A DNA stretch of 62,783 nucleotides, filler included, from Chiloscyllium plagiosum (GCF_004010195.1; 3 parts of one record of this genome joined end to end with filler, not necessarily neighbours in it), one strand, 5' to 3'; positions 36,546 to 49,789 are shown, numbered from the whole stretch's first letter. Notes: generated from the sequence alone by a model not told the origin. Translations and numbers: made by a program.

Positions 36546-37897
36546 GGGGCGCCTGGGAGTGAGGGTGTAGATCCGATATTAACAGAGTGTTAACATGAGT
36601 TGATCAATAAATTAATTAATTAAAATTTGATGAATAAATGTATCAGACTCTCTCTGTCTCTCTTTGTTTAAAATGATACAATACCACCAAATGCTGGCCT
36701 CCCAGTGTCACTGTACAAGCAGCAGCTATTTTCTGAGACACTTTGCTCCTGCCCCAGTTTATTCATTTATTTCTGACAGTCTCACAATGTCCTGAATGAC
36801 GTAAAGGCGCAAGTGGCTGCACAGTGACTTCACAAAATGATGGCAGCAACCAGCGGAGAAAGTCTGACACCGAAGTGACTCTTGCCAGGGCCGTGAGGTG
36901 AGGGCGAGCGATCCCTTCTGGCCGCCACGAGAGAAATTAGCAACCATTTTCTGAATGAAAGCAACCAGATATTTTTGGAGAACTAGGTCGTTCATTCTCA
37001 GTTCATCATTCCGTAACAAGGCAGCACCCACCCCCTGAAATACTTCAATACTATGGTGCAGAACATGTATCAATGTCAGGAACCACAGAACCATGAAAAG
37101 GTTTAACATTATTACTTGGACAGAATTTCAGCATTGGCCCTGTTTTCTGCATCCCTCCATTTTCAAATCGAAAAGTTACATTTCTTGCTTCCAAGTCTAA
37201 ATGAATCTTCTCTGAATTGAATTAATGCAGAAAACAAAAGGAGTGGGAGAGCAATAGTGATAAGGGGACTGCATTGTTCGGGCGTCAGGCAGAAGTCTGT
37301 GACATGTAGGTGCGACACCGGGTAGCACGCAGCCTCCCTGGTTGCAGAGTCTGTGATGTCACTGAGTGGCTGAAGGACAGTCTGAAAAGGATAGTAGCAA
37401 ATATAAGATGTGGCAACGGATGGAGCCTTGAAAACAGTAAAAAAGAAGTTGTGAGATCAATTGACAACACAGAGTTAAATACAAAGTAACTTTCACTCGA
37501 TGATGCCTAACCAAACACTTTGAAGATCGGGATAATCTGAGACGTGATAGAAATTTAACTCACTCACAACTGTCACCACAGAAACACACGCGCATACACG
37601 CGTACACACACACACACACACAGAATAACTCTCGATTGTTTTCCAAGAGGGATCCAATTCTAAACGAAAATACAGTTTGGATTTCCAATTAGATTCCCGA
37701 TTCGTAACATCTCCATGGACAATTTTCCTCAACCCATGTGCTATGTACTGCTCACAAAAACTGCATTTGATTCCAATACCGCATGTTGTTTGATACAGGA
37801 ACCTTTCACTGTCGGCGGGGGATTGAGTCTTCAGTCTGACCCAGGTGTGCGAATGTCCTGTTTATCTGACATCCAGGATTGGTTAATGAAGCTTTGA

Positions 37898-38061
37898 TCT
37901 GAAAATGTGCTGCTGGTAAAGCACAGCACGTCAAGCAGCATCCAAGGAACAGGAGAATCGACGTTTCGGGCATACGCCCTTCATGCTGCCTGACCTGCTG
38001 TGCTTTACCAGCAACACATTTTCAGCTCTGATCTCCAGCATCTGCAGATCTCACTTCCTCC
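37898..38061. mobile_element. Penelope-derived mini-element (inverted terminal pieces) with perfect 15-bp TSD
   Basis: ttaatgaagctttga at 37883-37897 and 38062-38076; internal inverted arms; partial hammerhead on - (tgaagggcgtatgcccgaaacgtcg). Confidence 0.9.
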
Positions 38062-38979
38062 TTAATGAAGCTTTGAAGTTTGGAAATCTCAATGTTATTT
38101 TGTCTACAGTCCCTTAGTAGAACTGTAGTTGTTTTCAGTCAAGTACTCCTTTAATCTGGATCTTATTAATTGATTCAACATCGTTGTCCACAGCCTTGGA
38201 CACAAATCGGGAGGGTTTAAGTGATGGCGTCACCAAATATTTGGACGGTTTGGCAATTACGACCAGGGCTTGAGCCGAGGGAAGTGAGGAAGTTTTACTG
38301 TCATCTTACAGAAGCTATGGACACCATGAAGCATCTCCAAAAGGATAACGGATGAATGTGGCAATTCACACATATTCTGGGCGAGCAGAGCGAAACAGGC
38401 AGACACACTGAATAAGGATCAGAGAGCGACAGAAGGATTTTGGGATTTCCGATAGGCATCCGTTCAAGTCAGTCTTTATTTAAAACTTAAGTATATTATT
38501 GGTGAAACGAGTTTAAATTAAATTGTGAAGTGGAAGTAAGCTACTGTCACATAGATCGATGTAGCAATGGTAAATGAATGGGCAAAGCATTGTCCGTTAT
38601 AATGTAAAGTGGAGAGTGTAATGTTTGTCAGGGAGAATCGACAAAGACTTTATTTTAAATGGGGAGATGTTATATGACTCTGACGTAGAGAGGAATCTGT
38701 GTGTTCAGGGATATCAAAAACATTGAGTTAATCTGCAGGGACAGCAAGGTATTAGCAAGGCAAAGGAATGATGTTTTCGTTTGTTCAATGGATGTGAGCA
38801 TCACTGGCTGGCCTCAACATTTATCCCTCATTCCCATCAACCCTTGATAAGGTGGTAGTGAAATGTCTTATTGAACTGGTGTACTCAATAAAACTTTATT
38901 GTTGGGGAAACTGAATGTAGCAGAAATTAAACTACCGATTTTTGTATTCTCATTCCAAATTTAACCTCACTGTTTGGAT

Positions 38980-39220
38980 GGCAGGGTGACTCAATGGTTA
39001 GCATTGCTGCCTCAGAGTTCCAGGGACTCGTGTTTTATTCCAGGCGACTGGCTATGAAGTTTTTAAGTTCTCCCCGTGTTTGTGTGGGGTTCCTTCGGAT
39101 GGTCTGTTTTGCTTCGACACGTGCAGGTTAGGAAATATTGGCCATGCTAAATTGCCTGTAGTGATCAGACATGCATAGGTTAGGTGCATTAGTTAGGGAA
39201 ATGTACAGTGATAGGGCATA
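38980..39220 (+). mobile_element. HE1-like SINE, decayed
   Basis: ggcagggtgactcaatggttagcattgctgcctcagag...ttggccatgctaaattgcc. Confidence 0.85.
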
Positions 39221-39371
39221 GAATTTCACACCGCTGGGATTATATATTCATTTGCTCTAGACTGAGTTAGAGACTGGAATTCCATGTGTTGTCAGCGAGC
39301 TGATGTACAGCAGAACAAAGTATCTATGCTAATTGAGGGAATCAATTCGTAGAGCAGGGAGAGAATAGACA

Positions 39372-39575
39372 AAAAAACAGAAATTGCTGATAGAATCTCA
39401 GCAGTTTTGGCAGCATCTGTGCAAAGAAGCCAGGCACTTCGTATCCGGTCCCCCTTTATCTGAAGCAGACCTGAAACTTTAACTCTGATTTCTCTTCACA
39501 GATGCTGCCAGACCTGCTGAGGTTTTTCAGTGACTTTTGGTTTTGTTTCTGATTGTCAGCATCTGCAGTTCTTTC
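39372..39575. mobile_element. Penelope-derived inverted-arm element (similar pieces at about 27680-27860, 30000-30110, 54975-55280)
   Basis: ctcagcagttttggcagcatctgtg is inverted against cacagatgctgccagacctgctgag. Confidence 0.7.
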
Positions 39576-40684
39576 AGAGTGTATTTAGGTAGAGGATGGT
39601 GGTAAGTTCAGATAAAGCTGTCTCTACACTTCAGCTTTTCTAACTCCCAGACCATGTTCACCGTGCAGTTAGATAATGACTGAGTCAGCACTTATCCTCA
39701 CTCTGTCCCTATCAAACACAGGTAGCATAGTTATGTCCCTGGCTTAGAGGCAGAGTATGTTTCCCTGTACACTTTCTCCAGCCAAACCTGCCAGGGTCTG
39801 GGAAGAATAGAGTTACATACAATGTACAGATATGTCCACAAACACTCCAGTGTCAGGGGAACCTCTGTGTTCGATTACAGAGTAAAGCTTCCTCTACCGT
39901 ATCTATCACAAACCCTTCCGCAGCTCATGCACATAGACACAATGTCATGCAGTCACACATGTTCAATCACACACACAGTAGAGCGTTACAAACTCCCTAT
40001 CTCAGAATGTCACACTCGAACACAGCCTCTCAATCAAACTATCTCAGCCACCACCTCTCAATCAATCAGTCACAGACACGTCAAAGCCACACTCGCTCGC
40101 TCACATAGACAGTTACTCTTTCACAAATATATACTAATGATTCACAATCAGAGAGGCTTGCTTAATGGTAAATCGATTTCTTTATTTTTAGAGAACACAA
40201 AATTTGAAAGCAAGTTACTTCAGGCGGGCCCTTAATAAATGCCTGGTTTCTGGATAAAATACATCTTACTCCAGGTTAAATCTCTGGCAGATTCTGAACA
40301 AGACCATGCACCTACAATTCAGTAGCTGACCTGTCATATTTCGATCGTATTTTCCTCTTGAAACCTGGAATGTTAGACAGACTTTTTTTTCAAACATCAG
40401 GGCACTGACTTGAAAAGGATTTGGAATCTGCAACTTAATCAATGGAAACTTTATAACAGTCTTGCCCATATCCTGCTTTTACAGTTTAATTTGTAAATTA
40501 ACATTTCTACAATGTAGGAATGTATGAATGTCACCTGTGCTGACAGAATTCAGACTCTAACTGAAGCTTCTCTGCTCCTGCATCCAGTTTAACATTGTAT
40601 CATTTAGTTTAGATTATCCCTCCTCTAAAATCGAAAATGCATCGGTTCACATCTCAGTTGGTTTAATCTGCAGGAGGCCGAGAG

Positions 40685-41172
40685 ATAGAGTCATACAGTC
40701 ATAGAGATGCACAGCATGGAAACAGACCCTTCGGTCCAACCAGTCCATGCAGACCAGATGTCCCAACCCAAGCCAATCCTACCTGCGAGCTCCCAGTCCA
40801 TATCCCTCCAAATCCTGCCTATTCATATACCTATCCAAATGCCTCTTAAATATTGCAATTGTATCAGCCTCCGCCACATTCTCTGGCAGCTCATTCCATA
40901 CACGTACCACCCTCTGCGTTAAAAAGTTGCTTCTTAGGTCTCCTTTATATCTTTCCCCTTTCACCCTAAACCTATGACCACTCGTTCGGGAATCCCCGAC
41001 CACAGGGGAAAGACTTTGCCATTTATCGTATGCATGCCCCTTATAATTTTGTAAAACTCTATAAGCCTCCGATGCTCCAGGGAAAACAGCCCCAGTTTGT
41101 TCAGCCTCTCCCTGTAGCTCAGATCCCCCAACCGTGGCAACATCATTGTTAATCTTTTCTGAACCTTTTCAC
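40685..41172 (-). mobile_element. CR1 3' end
   Basis: GHRFRVKGERYKGDLRSNFLTQRVVRVWNELPE; (AGTCATAG)n tail on +. Confidence 0.92.
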
Positions 41173-41174
41173 AG

Positions 41175-43853
41175 GGCTGTGTGAAATTACTGCCCACAGC
41201 ATGGAATAATGGACGTCCGGGTTCTCTAATGTGAGACCCTCAGAGGAATAGTGGATACTGACATTCAATTTACACGAGGTCTGCCGGCTCAGGAGGGCGA
41301 CTGGGCAAGAGTCTGAAATAATGGCAGCATCAGTCGCAGTGGCAGGTCCAATACTGAAGTTAATGGGTTAGGAGAGAGTAGGTCCGTCATGAAAACCCTA
41401 CAGTGCAGAGGGTCTTGCAACTCCGGTAATTTTCCGAGTCGGGAGCCGCAGACGGTAAGACAGACCCAGAATCCACAACAAAAGAAATGAGCAGCTCCCC
41501 ACTACATCCACATCCATCATCAGAATTTCAGACGGGGCATTTGAGAGACATATTGAGATCGCCTGTGAAAAGTCCCTCTCACGATAGCCCTAGTTAGTTT
41601 CTGGAGCACGGGGAAGGGGTCAGCCACAGTGTAGGCAGTCTGTTGAAGCTCCCTCTGTTGTTGGTAGACTGCTGTCGTGCCTGTGGGGAGAGGGAGAGGG
41701 TAGATGTCCCTGGGGGACATTGCCTGGATCAGCACTGTCTCACTCAGTGTTCCAATTGCCCACTGTTCCAGCAGTTCCTTCTTTGAATTTCCCTAGCTTG
41801 CTGTACTGGCCTGGTGGTGTCATTGTGGTTGTCGGTTTGTGCGAGCCAGTCAAACGCCCCCGTCCGTTTTGGTGTAGTGAACAGTCCATTCCCGTCCACG
41901 CTACTGAGTACAATTAAAGTGTCTGTCCAGCTCGTCGTTTGATTGTGCAACGTGAAAACGTGAGCATATGTGAGGTTTGCACAGCAAGCTTTTCGTTCTC
42001 TGCGAATGGAATGCCCGACGAGGAGTCACAGACCTCCCTAAAGCGGACAATAACATCGAGCAAGTCCTTGGCTGCTCTGCAGACACTGGATAACAGCCCG
42101 AAATCGGCGTGCCGTCTTGCACTGGCCTTTATTGCATCCTTCACGGTGCTGTCCAACCACTTTTTCCCAGTCTGAAGTGGTGTCCCAGGGTTGGATGGGG
42201 ATGTCAATAACAGGGCTGATGGTCACAAAGTGGGTCATATGCACAAGCTGTAATACGGTCTGCACATCTTGGGACGGACAGTTGTATATTCAGGAAATTT
42301 CGATGACTCAGTTGTAGAACGGGACCAGTCACTTCAAAAGGTCTGGGGCATTTTGTCGCATGGCCCGGATCTCTGCGTGGATCCAGGTCTTATAAAGGGG
42401 AATGGACCCAATCATGATGCGGAGAAACTGACAGTTAGTGCCCTGGTAATTTCGGCAAGCACTCGGGCTTCTTGTGAGTCTGGAGTTATTGTTTTTGTTG
42501 GGCATCAGTGGTGATTCATACTGCCCGGCGGCTAATGTGTCCCATCGCGGGCTTGCTGTGTAATGCATGGTTCAAAAAATGCAGCCACTTCATTCAGGCT
42601 CAACGGGTCTGGCTTTGAAGTCAGTATGGGAAATTTCGGGTACTGTGAGGCAAACGGCGATGTGGCTGTATCTGGAATTGTTGGGATCACAGTGTCGGTT
42701 GTTATTGCAGCAGTCTTTCACCTTCGCGGCCTGACACTGCTGGGCAACCTGCCGAAAATTTTCAAGACCCTGCAGCATGTACACAGTGTCCCAGGAGGGG
42801 TCAACGTGTCCTCCCGTAATGGCCGTGCTACAATAATCAAGCTTATCGAACTTAAAGGACCTCCCATATAGCCAATTTCCTCGTTGCCATGTGTAAAAGT
42901 CTCCTGTAAAGTGGGTAAAGTAACCGCCATCCCCTGTCTCTTTCAGCACAGTGTCTGCCAGTGAACCAGGTATAACAAGAGATTCTCCGATCTTTATTTT
43001 GAAGTTCACGCATTTACAGGGCAGCGTGGTTAGTACTGCTACCTCACAGCGCCTGGGTCCCAGATTCGATTTCAGCCTTGGACGACTGTCTGTGTGCAGT
43101 TTGCACAATCTCCCCATGTCTGCCTGGGACTCCTCCGTGTGCTCCGGTTTCCTCGCACAATCACAAAGATGTGCAAGGCAGGTGAAATGGCCGCGCTAAA
43201 TTGACCATAGTGTCAGGTGCATTGGTGGGAGGGAAATGGGTCTGCACGGCTTACTCTTCCGAGGGTCGATGTGGACTTGTTGGGTCGACGGTCCTGTTTC
43301 TATACTGAAGGGAATCTAAACATACACGCCTCCTTAATATCGTCTTGTACAACTTCGGACCTGGGCCGTTCTCACCACATAGTTGGGGTTGTCCAGCTCG
43401 CACATCCCAGCAGTGGGTGGAATTCCCTGCCCCCATGGCGTACTGGACGTCCTGCGTTGACTGCTTAGCATTGCACTTCGGCTTTCGAGGAAAGACAGAG
43501 GAAGTACTCACAGAACACAGAAGCAGTGAGTGATTGACAGGTCAAGCAATGAAGGATTACTGAGCGCATATTCGCTCACCGCACTGTAAACAAACACTTG
43601 TCTGATGGATAAACACACTTAGACGAGACACATCAAACTGACAAGAAATGCAGTCAGCAACCACAAAACAAACAGACAAATCCAAAGCAAATGCTCAGAA
43701 ACCACAAGACAGAATAATAAGTGAACTGTTGGAGCCTCTGGCAATTTCCTTCGAGCTGAGGAATCTCTTAGGATTGATGCGAAAAATTTAATCAGCAGTT
43801 TCTCATTCTATTTTTCCAGGCTTCCCTTGCCCGTCCGGCTCTCCCCTGGCTGG
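41175..43853 (-). mobile_element. gag: ERV (class I) leader, gag and protease relic, interrupted by a SINE
   Basis: Capsid-like YKTWIHAEIRAMRQNAPDLLK..YNCPSQDVQTVLQL; decayed CCHC knuckle RNCWNSGQLEH*VRQC (about 41732-41775); protease ISFVVDSGS and CPVALLSRQTSCKLNVSI (cf. FLVDTGA, CPVNLLGRDLLxKL). Confidence 0.88.
43019..43320 (+). mobile_element. HE1-like SINE inserted in the ERV gag region
   Basis: gggcagcgtggttagtactgctacctcacagcgcc...ctccccatgtctgcctggg...gggaatctaaa. Confidence 0.92.
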
Positions 43854-43871
43854 ATCCGGATCACGGCACAA
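43854..43871 (-). promoter_or_regulatory. Primer-binding site complementary to tRNA-His
   Basis: Minus strand TTGTGCCGTGATCCGGAT versus canonical His PBS TGGTGCCGTGACTCGGAT (15/18), lying between the putative LTR end and gag. Confidence 0.75.
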
Positions 43872-43875
43872 GCTC

Positions 43876-44402
43876 TGGCCGTGATTGATACAATCAAGAC
43901 ACAATCAAGCATCCAGCAGCATCATTCAGTTCTAGAATGGGATCAGGGGGTTCCAGCTCTCTTCGTGGGTAGGTGAGAATGTCCCTTTCCTTGGCAGTAA
44001 GGTGATATGATTGGTACTCTCCAGAGATGAGCAAGGTATTCTGGTGCATCCCTGGCTGACCTGAGCTTCATGTGGCTTTGACATCACTGGGGTATTAGAT
44101 TACACTTCGGCCTTTGGGACAGCTGTGTTTATCGGGACGCGCAAGCTTATTGGTAGTTTGTCTTGGGAAGTGTATTCTATGGTTTGTGAATGACTGTGGT
44201 CATGTATGGTTCCCTTGTCAGCCTGTTTGATCAATGTTAATGCATTTTGGGTGTTCGCTGTATGGCTTGGACAGGCTTGATTTTCTGTGTTCTTATTGGC
44301 CATGCTGTGTGTAGGCAGGTTTGCAAGTCATTTCCCATACTGTTGAAAAATAAACTTTAAGATCTGCAAAGGTTGTAAATTCAAAATCTTAATTCATCAT
44401 CA
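43876..44402 (-). mobile_element. Putative 5' LTR of the minus-strand ERV (about 527 bp)
   Basis: TG...CA ends on -, ends 4 nt before the PBS, contains CCAAT-like boxes, and abuts ZNF sequence at about 44403; no second LTR available to confirm. Confidence 0.55.
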
Positions 44403-44760
44403 ACCTGTTCACATGGGGACAAACCACTCAGCTGTTCCACGGACGGGAAGGTATTCACTCGGGGATCAATTCTAATGGCACGCAAATGACTTCAACAAAG
44501 GGAGAGAAGATTTGTCTGCTCTGTTTGGTAAGTGATTATCTTCACAACCCCGCCTAGTGGCATCCGATCGACATGATACTGGAGAGACACCATTCTTCTG
44601 CTCTGTGTATGAGAAGGCATTTATTGAGATTCACCTGGTCATCTCTATTCAGTGAGCACGAGTATATTCACACGAGCGAGAAACATTTACATGCTCCTTG
44701 CCTGAGAAGTGATTCCCTCGGGACATCAATCTCAGCAGATATGACTTGTTCCCACTAATG
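44403..44760 (+). pseudogene. C2H2 zinc-finger relic (3-4 fingers)
   Basis: VHMG/DKPLSCSTDGKVFTR, HDTGETPFFCSVYEKAF and HEYIHTSEK. Confidence 0.7.
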
Positions 44761-44834
44761 ACAGAAAATCTTAATGGTCTGACTTTGAAAAGAGCTTTAG
44801 GAGTAGCAATGATGTGATGGAACACCAGAAAACA

Positions 44835-45150
44835 CATGAGAATCCCTGCAGTACAACAACAGGCCCTTCGGCCCAACAAGTCAACACAAACTCTCCAAAG
44901 AACACTCAAACCCATTACCCTCCCTTATATTTACCCCAACTATTAACCTACGGTATGGGTAATATATCATGATCAATTCATCTAACTGGCGCACCCTTTC
45001 GTCTTGTGGGATGAAATTTGAGGACCTGGAGGAAACTCACGCAGACACATGGAGATGTGCAAACGCCAAACAGACAGGCCTCCGAGGCTGGAATCGAAGC
45101 CAGCCCCTCATGCTCTGAGGCAGCAGTGCTAAACACTGAGCCACCATGCG
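44835..45150 (-). mobile_element. HE1-like SINE
   Basis: ctctgaggcagcagtgctaaacactgagccacc (head on -) and ggaggaaactcacgcagacac (core on -). Confidence 0.9.
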
Positions 45151-45234
45151 TGGCGAGGCAGTTAATTTGCACTGTGGGTAACTAGGGATTCAAATACTCA
45201 TTCCCACGTGTGACAGCCCAGTCAGGTGCAATCT

Positions 45235-45450
45235 GTTTCGCTCAGTTGTCTGCTTTGTTGGCTTATAAAGCAGTGTGATGCTCGCAGCATGGTTCCAATT
45301 CCTATCACTGGTTTGAGGTTAATATAAAGGTTGTCCTTCACTAAATATTTTCTGACCTGTGGGCTGGTGATGCTCTGGTTAAATCACCAACAGCCTCTTC
45401 TTTCGCAAATGAAGGCAGCAGCCTCTACAGTCTGGTAATACTGTAACAGT
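45235..45450 (+). mobile_element. Second tRNA-headed short repeat family (SINE-like); paralog at 56100-56320
   Basis: A-box gctcagttg, B-box-like ggttccaattcc; gtgatgctctggttaaatcaccaacag resembles gtgacctttagggtaaagcaccatcag near 56240. Confidence 0.55.
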
Positions 45451-45769
45451 GCAAATAATCCAGTGAGGTCGCATGTGAATGCGATATGGTGTTATTGCAT
45501 CGAGAATTGAACTGTGTTCATTCTGTCAGCCGGGGTTTACTTCATTCGATGTGTTTAATCTCTTAAATTGATCTGGTGTTTAATTGTTCAGTTTTCAAAC
45601 ACATCAAGTTCAAAGATTTTGCTTCCTTCATTTCCGTACAATTAGAGGAGACTGGTAGATATCCATTGACTGCCCTGTTCTTGATCCTTTTCTTCATTGT
45701 TAAGTGTGTATTTGTACTTAAATATATTTCGATACATTCGGCATTTCTGAATGCTCTTCACATCTAAAT

Positions 45770-46757
45770 GAAGACCTTGTGAAGTGAATTCACGTATATC
45801 AGAGAAACAACAGTCCTACAGTGAGAGCATAAGATTGCGTTCTCATCAGCGTGAACATGTTGATGGGACGTCAATTACTGGAAAATTATAAAGCATTTCC
45901 CACACTGCGTCATTAAAACAAATTATTGTCTCTGTGAACCCGTTGGTATATCAGGAGGATGGATGGCTGAAGTGCATCCTTTCCCCAATTCAGAACATAT
46001 GAATGGCCTCTCTCTAATATCAATTCGCTCGTCTTTCTGTACGTTTGAGAAATGTAAGAGCAGGTGAATGGTCTCTTTCCAGTGTGAACTCGCTTGTATT
46101 TCAGCAGATTGCCTGAATCAATTAATTACTTCAAATCACAGCGGACGAATGGTCTCTACTCTGTATGGACTCACTGGTGTCTCAGCAGTCTGAATGACTG
46201 AATGAATCCTTTCCCATTCTTAGAACAGGCGAACGGTCTCTGTCCACTGAGTTCGCAGATGTAAAGTGAGATCAAATGGCGGCCTGAACTCATTTCCTCT
46301 GTGAGAACACTTGAATGGTTTCTCATGAGCGTGAACACATTGATGGTACAGCTGTTCGTGAGAACTTTTAAAGCGTTTTCCATATTCTGGAAAATTAAAT
46401 GGTTTCTTCTCCGTGTGAACCCACTGGTGAGTCAGCAAGTTAGAAAACTGAGCAAATCCCTTTCCACACTCGGAACAGTTGAATGGCTTTTCCCCGGTGT
46501 GGTTGCACTGATGAATTTACAGGGCAGACAAGTAACTGAATCGTCACCACATTACCGCAGTTTCTCTCCAGCGTCCTTCCAATTATGTCTCGATAGTTCA
46601 GATAGTGAATGCTTTCACTCCGCTGTGAATGTAGCTTTCTGCTTTCATTTTCAAAGGCCGGTGAGGATCAGGCTACATGGAACAAAGCAACTCCATCAAA
46701 TTCTGATGTGATGCTTCGTTTCAGTTTCCCAAATGCAAATCCACATCTTTGATACCT
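45770..46757 (-). pseudogene. C2H2 zinc-finger last-exon pseudogene (about 9 fingers)
   Basis: TTPGKSHSTVPSVERD/CSECGKGFAQFSNLLTHQWVHTEKKPFNFPEYGKRFKSSHE, HAHEKPFKCSH and RPFACSKNGKGFIQSFRLLRHQ; stops and frameshifts. Confidence 0.9.
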
Positions 46758-49700
46758 CTCAAATAAATCCAGAAATATCTCAGTAAGAGAGAACTCCTCA
46801 GAACACCAAAGCATATGATTTTCATTCTTCCTCGGATGTGGGTATTCCAGACCAGGTCAGCATTTGTTGTTCATTCCTGATTTGACTGGACAAGGTGATG
46901 ATTAGCTGCTTTCTTGAACCATTGTTTCCGTGTGCTGTCGGTAGACCCAAATTATAGGGGAGTGATTTCCACAATTTTGACCCAGTGATTCTGGAGGAAT
47001 GGCAAAATATTTCCAGGACAGGATGGTAAGTGGGTTGTAGGTCTTTCCTATCTATCTACTACCTTTTTCCTTTTGGATGGATGCAGTTGTGTTTGTAATG
47101 TACTGTTTAAGGACCCTTGGTGAATATCTGCAGTGCATCTTTTGGATCGTGCAGACTGCATGTCTCAGCGTTTGGTTATGGTGGGAATGGATGTTTGTCG
47201 ATGTTTTATTAGTTGTGTGTTGCTGCTCAATTCAGCTGCTCTGTTCTGGATGGTGTTGAACTTTTCAGTATTGTTGCAACTGCACTAAGCAATCCTCAAG
47301 AAGGTTGTGCTTTTCCTGTGCATTGTTACTTTAACACTGCAATCATCCAGGCGAGCAGGAACTATCCCATCATGTCTCATTCTGTATTGTAAAGGAGTAA
47401 ACAGTTGGTCGGGAAAGAACAAAAGAAATAGAAGAACATTTGGTCAATGAGGTGAATAACGCTCTCGCTCGGTGAGTGAACAGCTGTTAGTATAGACTGC
47501 CGGTGCCAAATCATAGGTGGCGTGTCGTCGCGGGCTATGTGTTAGACAGGCTTTAGGGAGTCAAGAAAATCCCTGACTATGTCGCGCTGTTGTGGCCACA
47601 ATGCTATATGGCAGCTAAAGTTAGCTTCTCAAAGACATTGTGACTTTCACAGCACCAACGAAGGACTTTCGGCCCATCTTGCAAATGTCCGTCATGAAGC
47701 AACGATCCATTCTCATCCCGTGTTTTTCAGAACTTGGTCTGGATCCTTAAGCGCTGTGGTACTCCAAGTGATCAACGAAATATTTTCCTAATTCCACATC
47801 CTCCAGCGAAATACTGTTAGCAAACATATATTCCCCTCCCCGCCCTTGTCCGCCTTCCCCAGGAACCATTCCCTCCGGGGCACCGTGGTGCACTGTGCCG
47901 TCTCTCTCAACACTTCCCCCAACAGCCCCATGGGAGATTTCCCTAAAATCGCGATTATGTGACTTATCGATTCATAGAACATGAGAACGTGGAGGAAGAC
48001 TATGCCATACGGGCTTTAGAGACTGCTTCGCCATTCAATAAGGTCATGCCTGATCTTTCCATGGACATACATCCACTTAACCAACCTCTGAAGATAATCA
48101 TTACTTCCTTTATTGCTCAAACAAAAATCAGCCCTAGCTTAAAAAAACCCATTTATAAATGTAGCATCAACTACTTCGTTGGGCAAGCAGTTCCATAGAG
48201 TAACAACCCTCTGGTGGAAGAAATTCCTTCTCAATTCACTCCTAAATCGGCTCCTTCTAATCTTGCCCTAGTTTCATCTGCCAATGGAAGCATGCTCTCT
48301 ACTTCTATCTCACACGTGCCCTTCATAATTTTATATGTTCCATAAGATCCGGCCTCATTCTTCTGAATTTTCGATATAATCCTATTCCACATAGTCTCCT
48401 GTCATCAGCGAACACCTTCAAATGCGGAATTCCATCCACCAGAATATTGCCCATTGACCCAATATTTCAATGTTCCTCTGCAAATTTTCACAGTCCTCCG
48501 CACACTTTGCTCAGCTACTCACCTTTGTGTCAACTGCAGACATTGACACGATGCGCATGGCTCCAATATCCAAACCATTCATATAACTTGTGGGTAATTG
48601 CGGTCCCAGTACCAATCCCTGAGGCACACCGTTGATGGTAAATAGAATAGCACTGATTTATTCTCGCTCTGCGCTTCCTGTTGGACAAACAATCCTGAAT
48701 CCATTCTCATACTTTACCCTTAGCAGCACGCATCCGTTTTCTGTCAGCCCCTGAATGGCACCTTGTCGAGGGCATTTTGAATATCTAGGTACACCAATTG
48801 ACTGGGTCCCGTTATACACCATGCTCGGAATGCCATCATAGAATTCGAAAAGATTTTGAAGGCATGACCTGCTCTTCATTAACCCATGCTACGTCTGTCC
48901 AATTTCTGTCAAGATGCCCTGCTATTTCTTCCTCAATAATAGACTCAATAAATGTCTGCACTACAGAGGTTAAACATACTTCTATAATGTAGGGGAATGG
49001 GTCTGGGTGGGTTGCGCTTCGGAGGTCGGTGTGGACTTGTTGGGCCGAAGGGCCTGTTTCGACATTGTAAGTAATCTGATCTAATTCATCATATTTTGTC
49101 TGTCTCCCTTTTTAAACAGTGATGTCATATTTGTGTTTTCCAATCAGCTGGGACTGCCCCAGAGACCAACGAATTTTGGAAAAATACCACCAGCGCCATT
49201 CTTTTTAACATACCATCGTGTTGAATACCCTGCGATGCATTCCATCACGGCCTGGAGACATAATCATCCTTTGCTAAATTAGCTCCAACAATAGATCTTT
49301 TGTTATAATGACTGTTCCCAGGTTGTCACCAACCGTCATCTCTTTGTCAACTGTTGGCACGTTATTAATATCCTCTACTGTGAAGACCAGTCTGTTCAAT
49401 GTCACGGCTATTTCCGCATATCACATAAGTAAATACCCCTTCTTATCCGCGAAAGTGCAACGTTTACTTTTGCCACTCTTTTTCATTTTATATTTTAATA
49501 GAAACTTCTGCTATCGATCTTTATATTCTGTGCTAATTTTTAATGCCATGTTCTTTCTCACATTTTTTCTGCATTAAATTCCATTTGCCAACTCTCAGCC
49601 GAGCTCTGCAGCATGCCTGTGTCTCTGTGTAACCTACAATATCCTTCAGCACTAGGCACAACTGTACCGAACTTAGTGTCATCCGTAAATTTACGAACCC

Positions 49701-49789
49701 ATCCTTCTACGCTGCCATCCAGGTCGTTTATAAAAAATGAGAAAAAGCTGTGAACCCAAAACAGATCGTTGCAGTACACCAAAAGCAAC

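Noticed and set aside
36770..37130. Possible decayed exon after a ttctgacag acceptor
   Set aside because: Stops in all + frames and no family confidently recognisable.
39690..39925. Three to four degenerate units resembling a shark tandem repeat (cagagtaaagct..ctctac)
   Set aside because: Too decayed to define a period from this window.
47465..47540. tRNA-Gly-like head (gttagtatagactgcc)
   Set aside because: No T arm or acceptor stem match.
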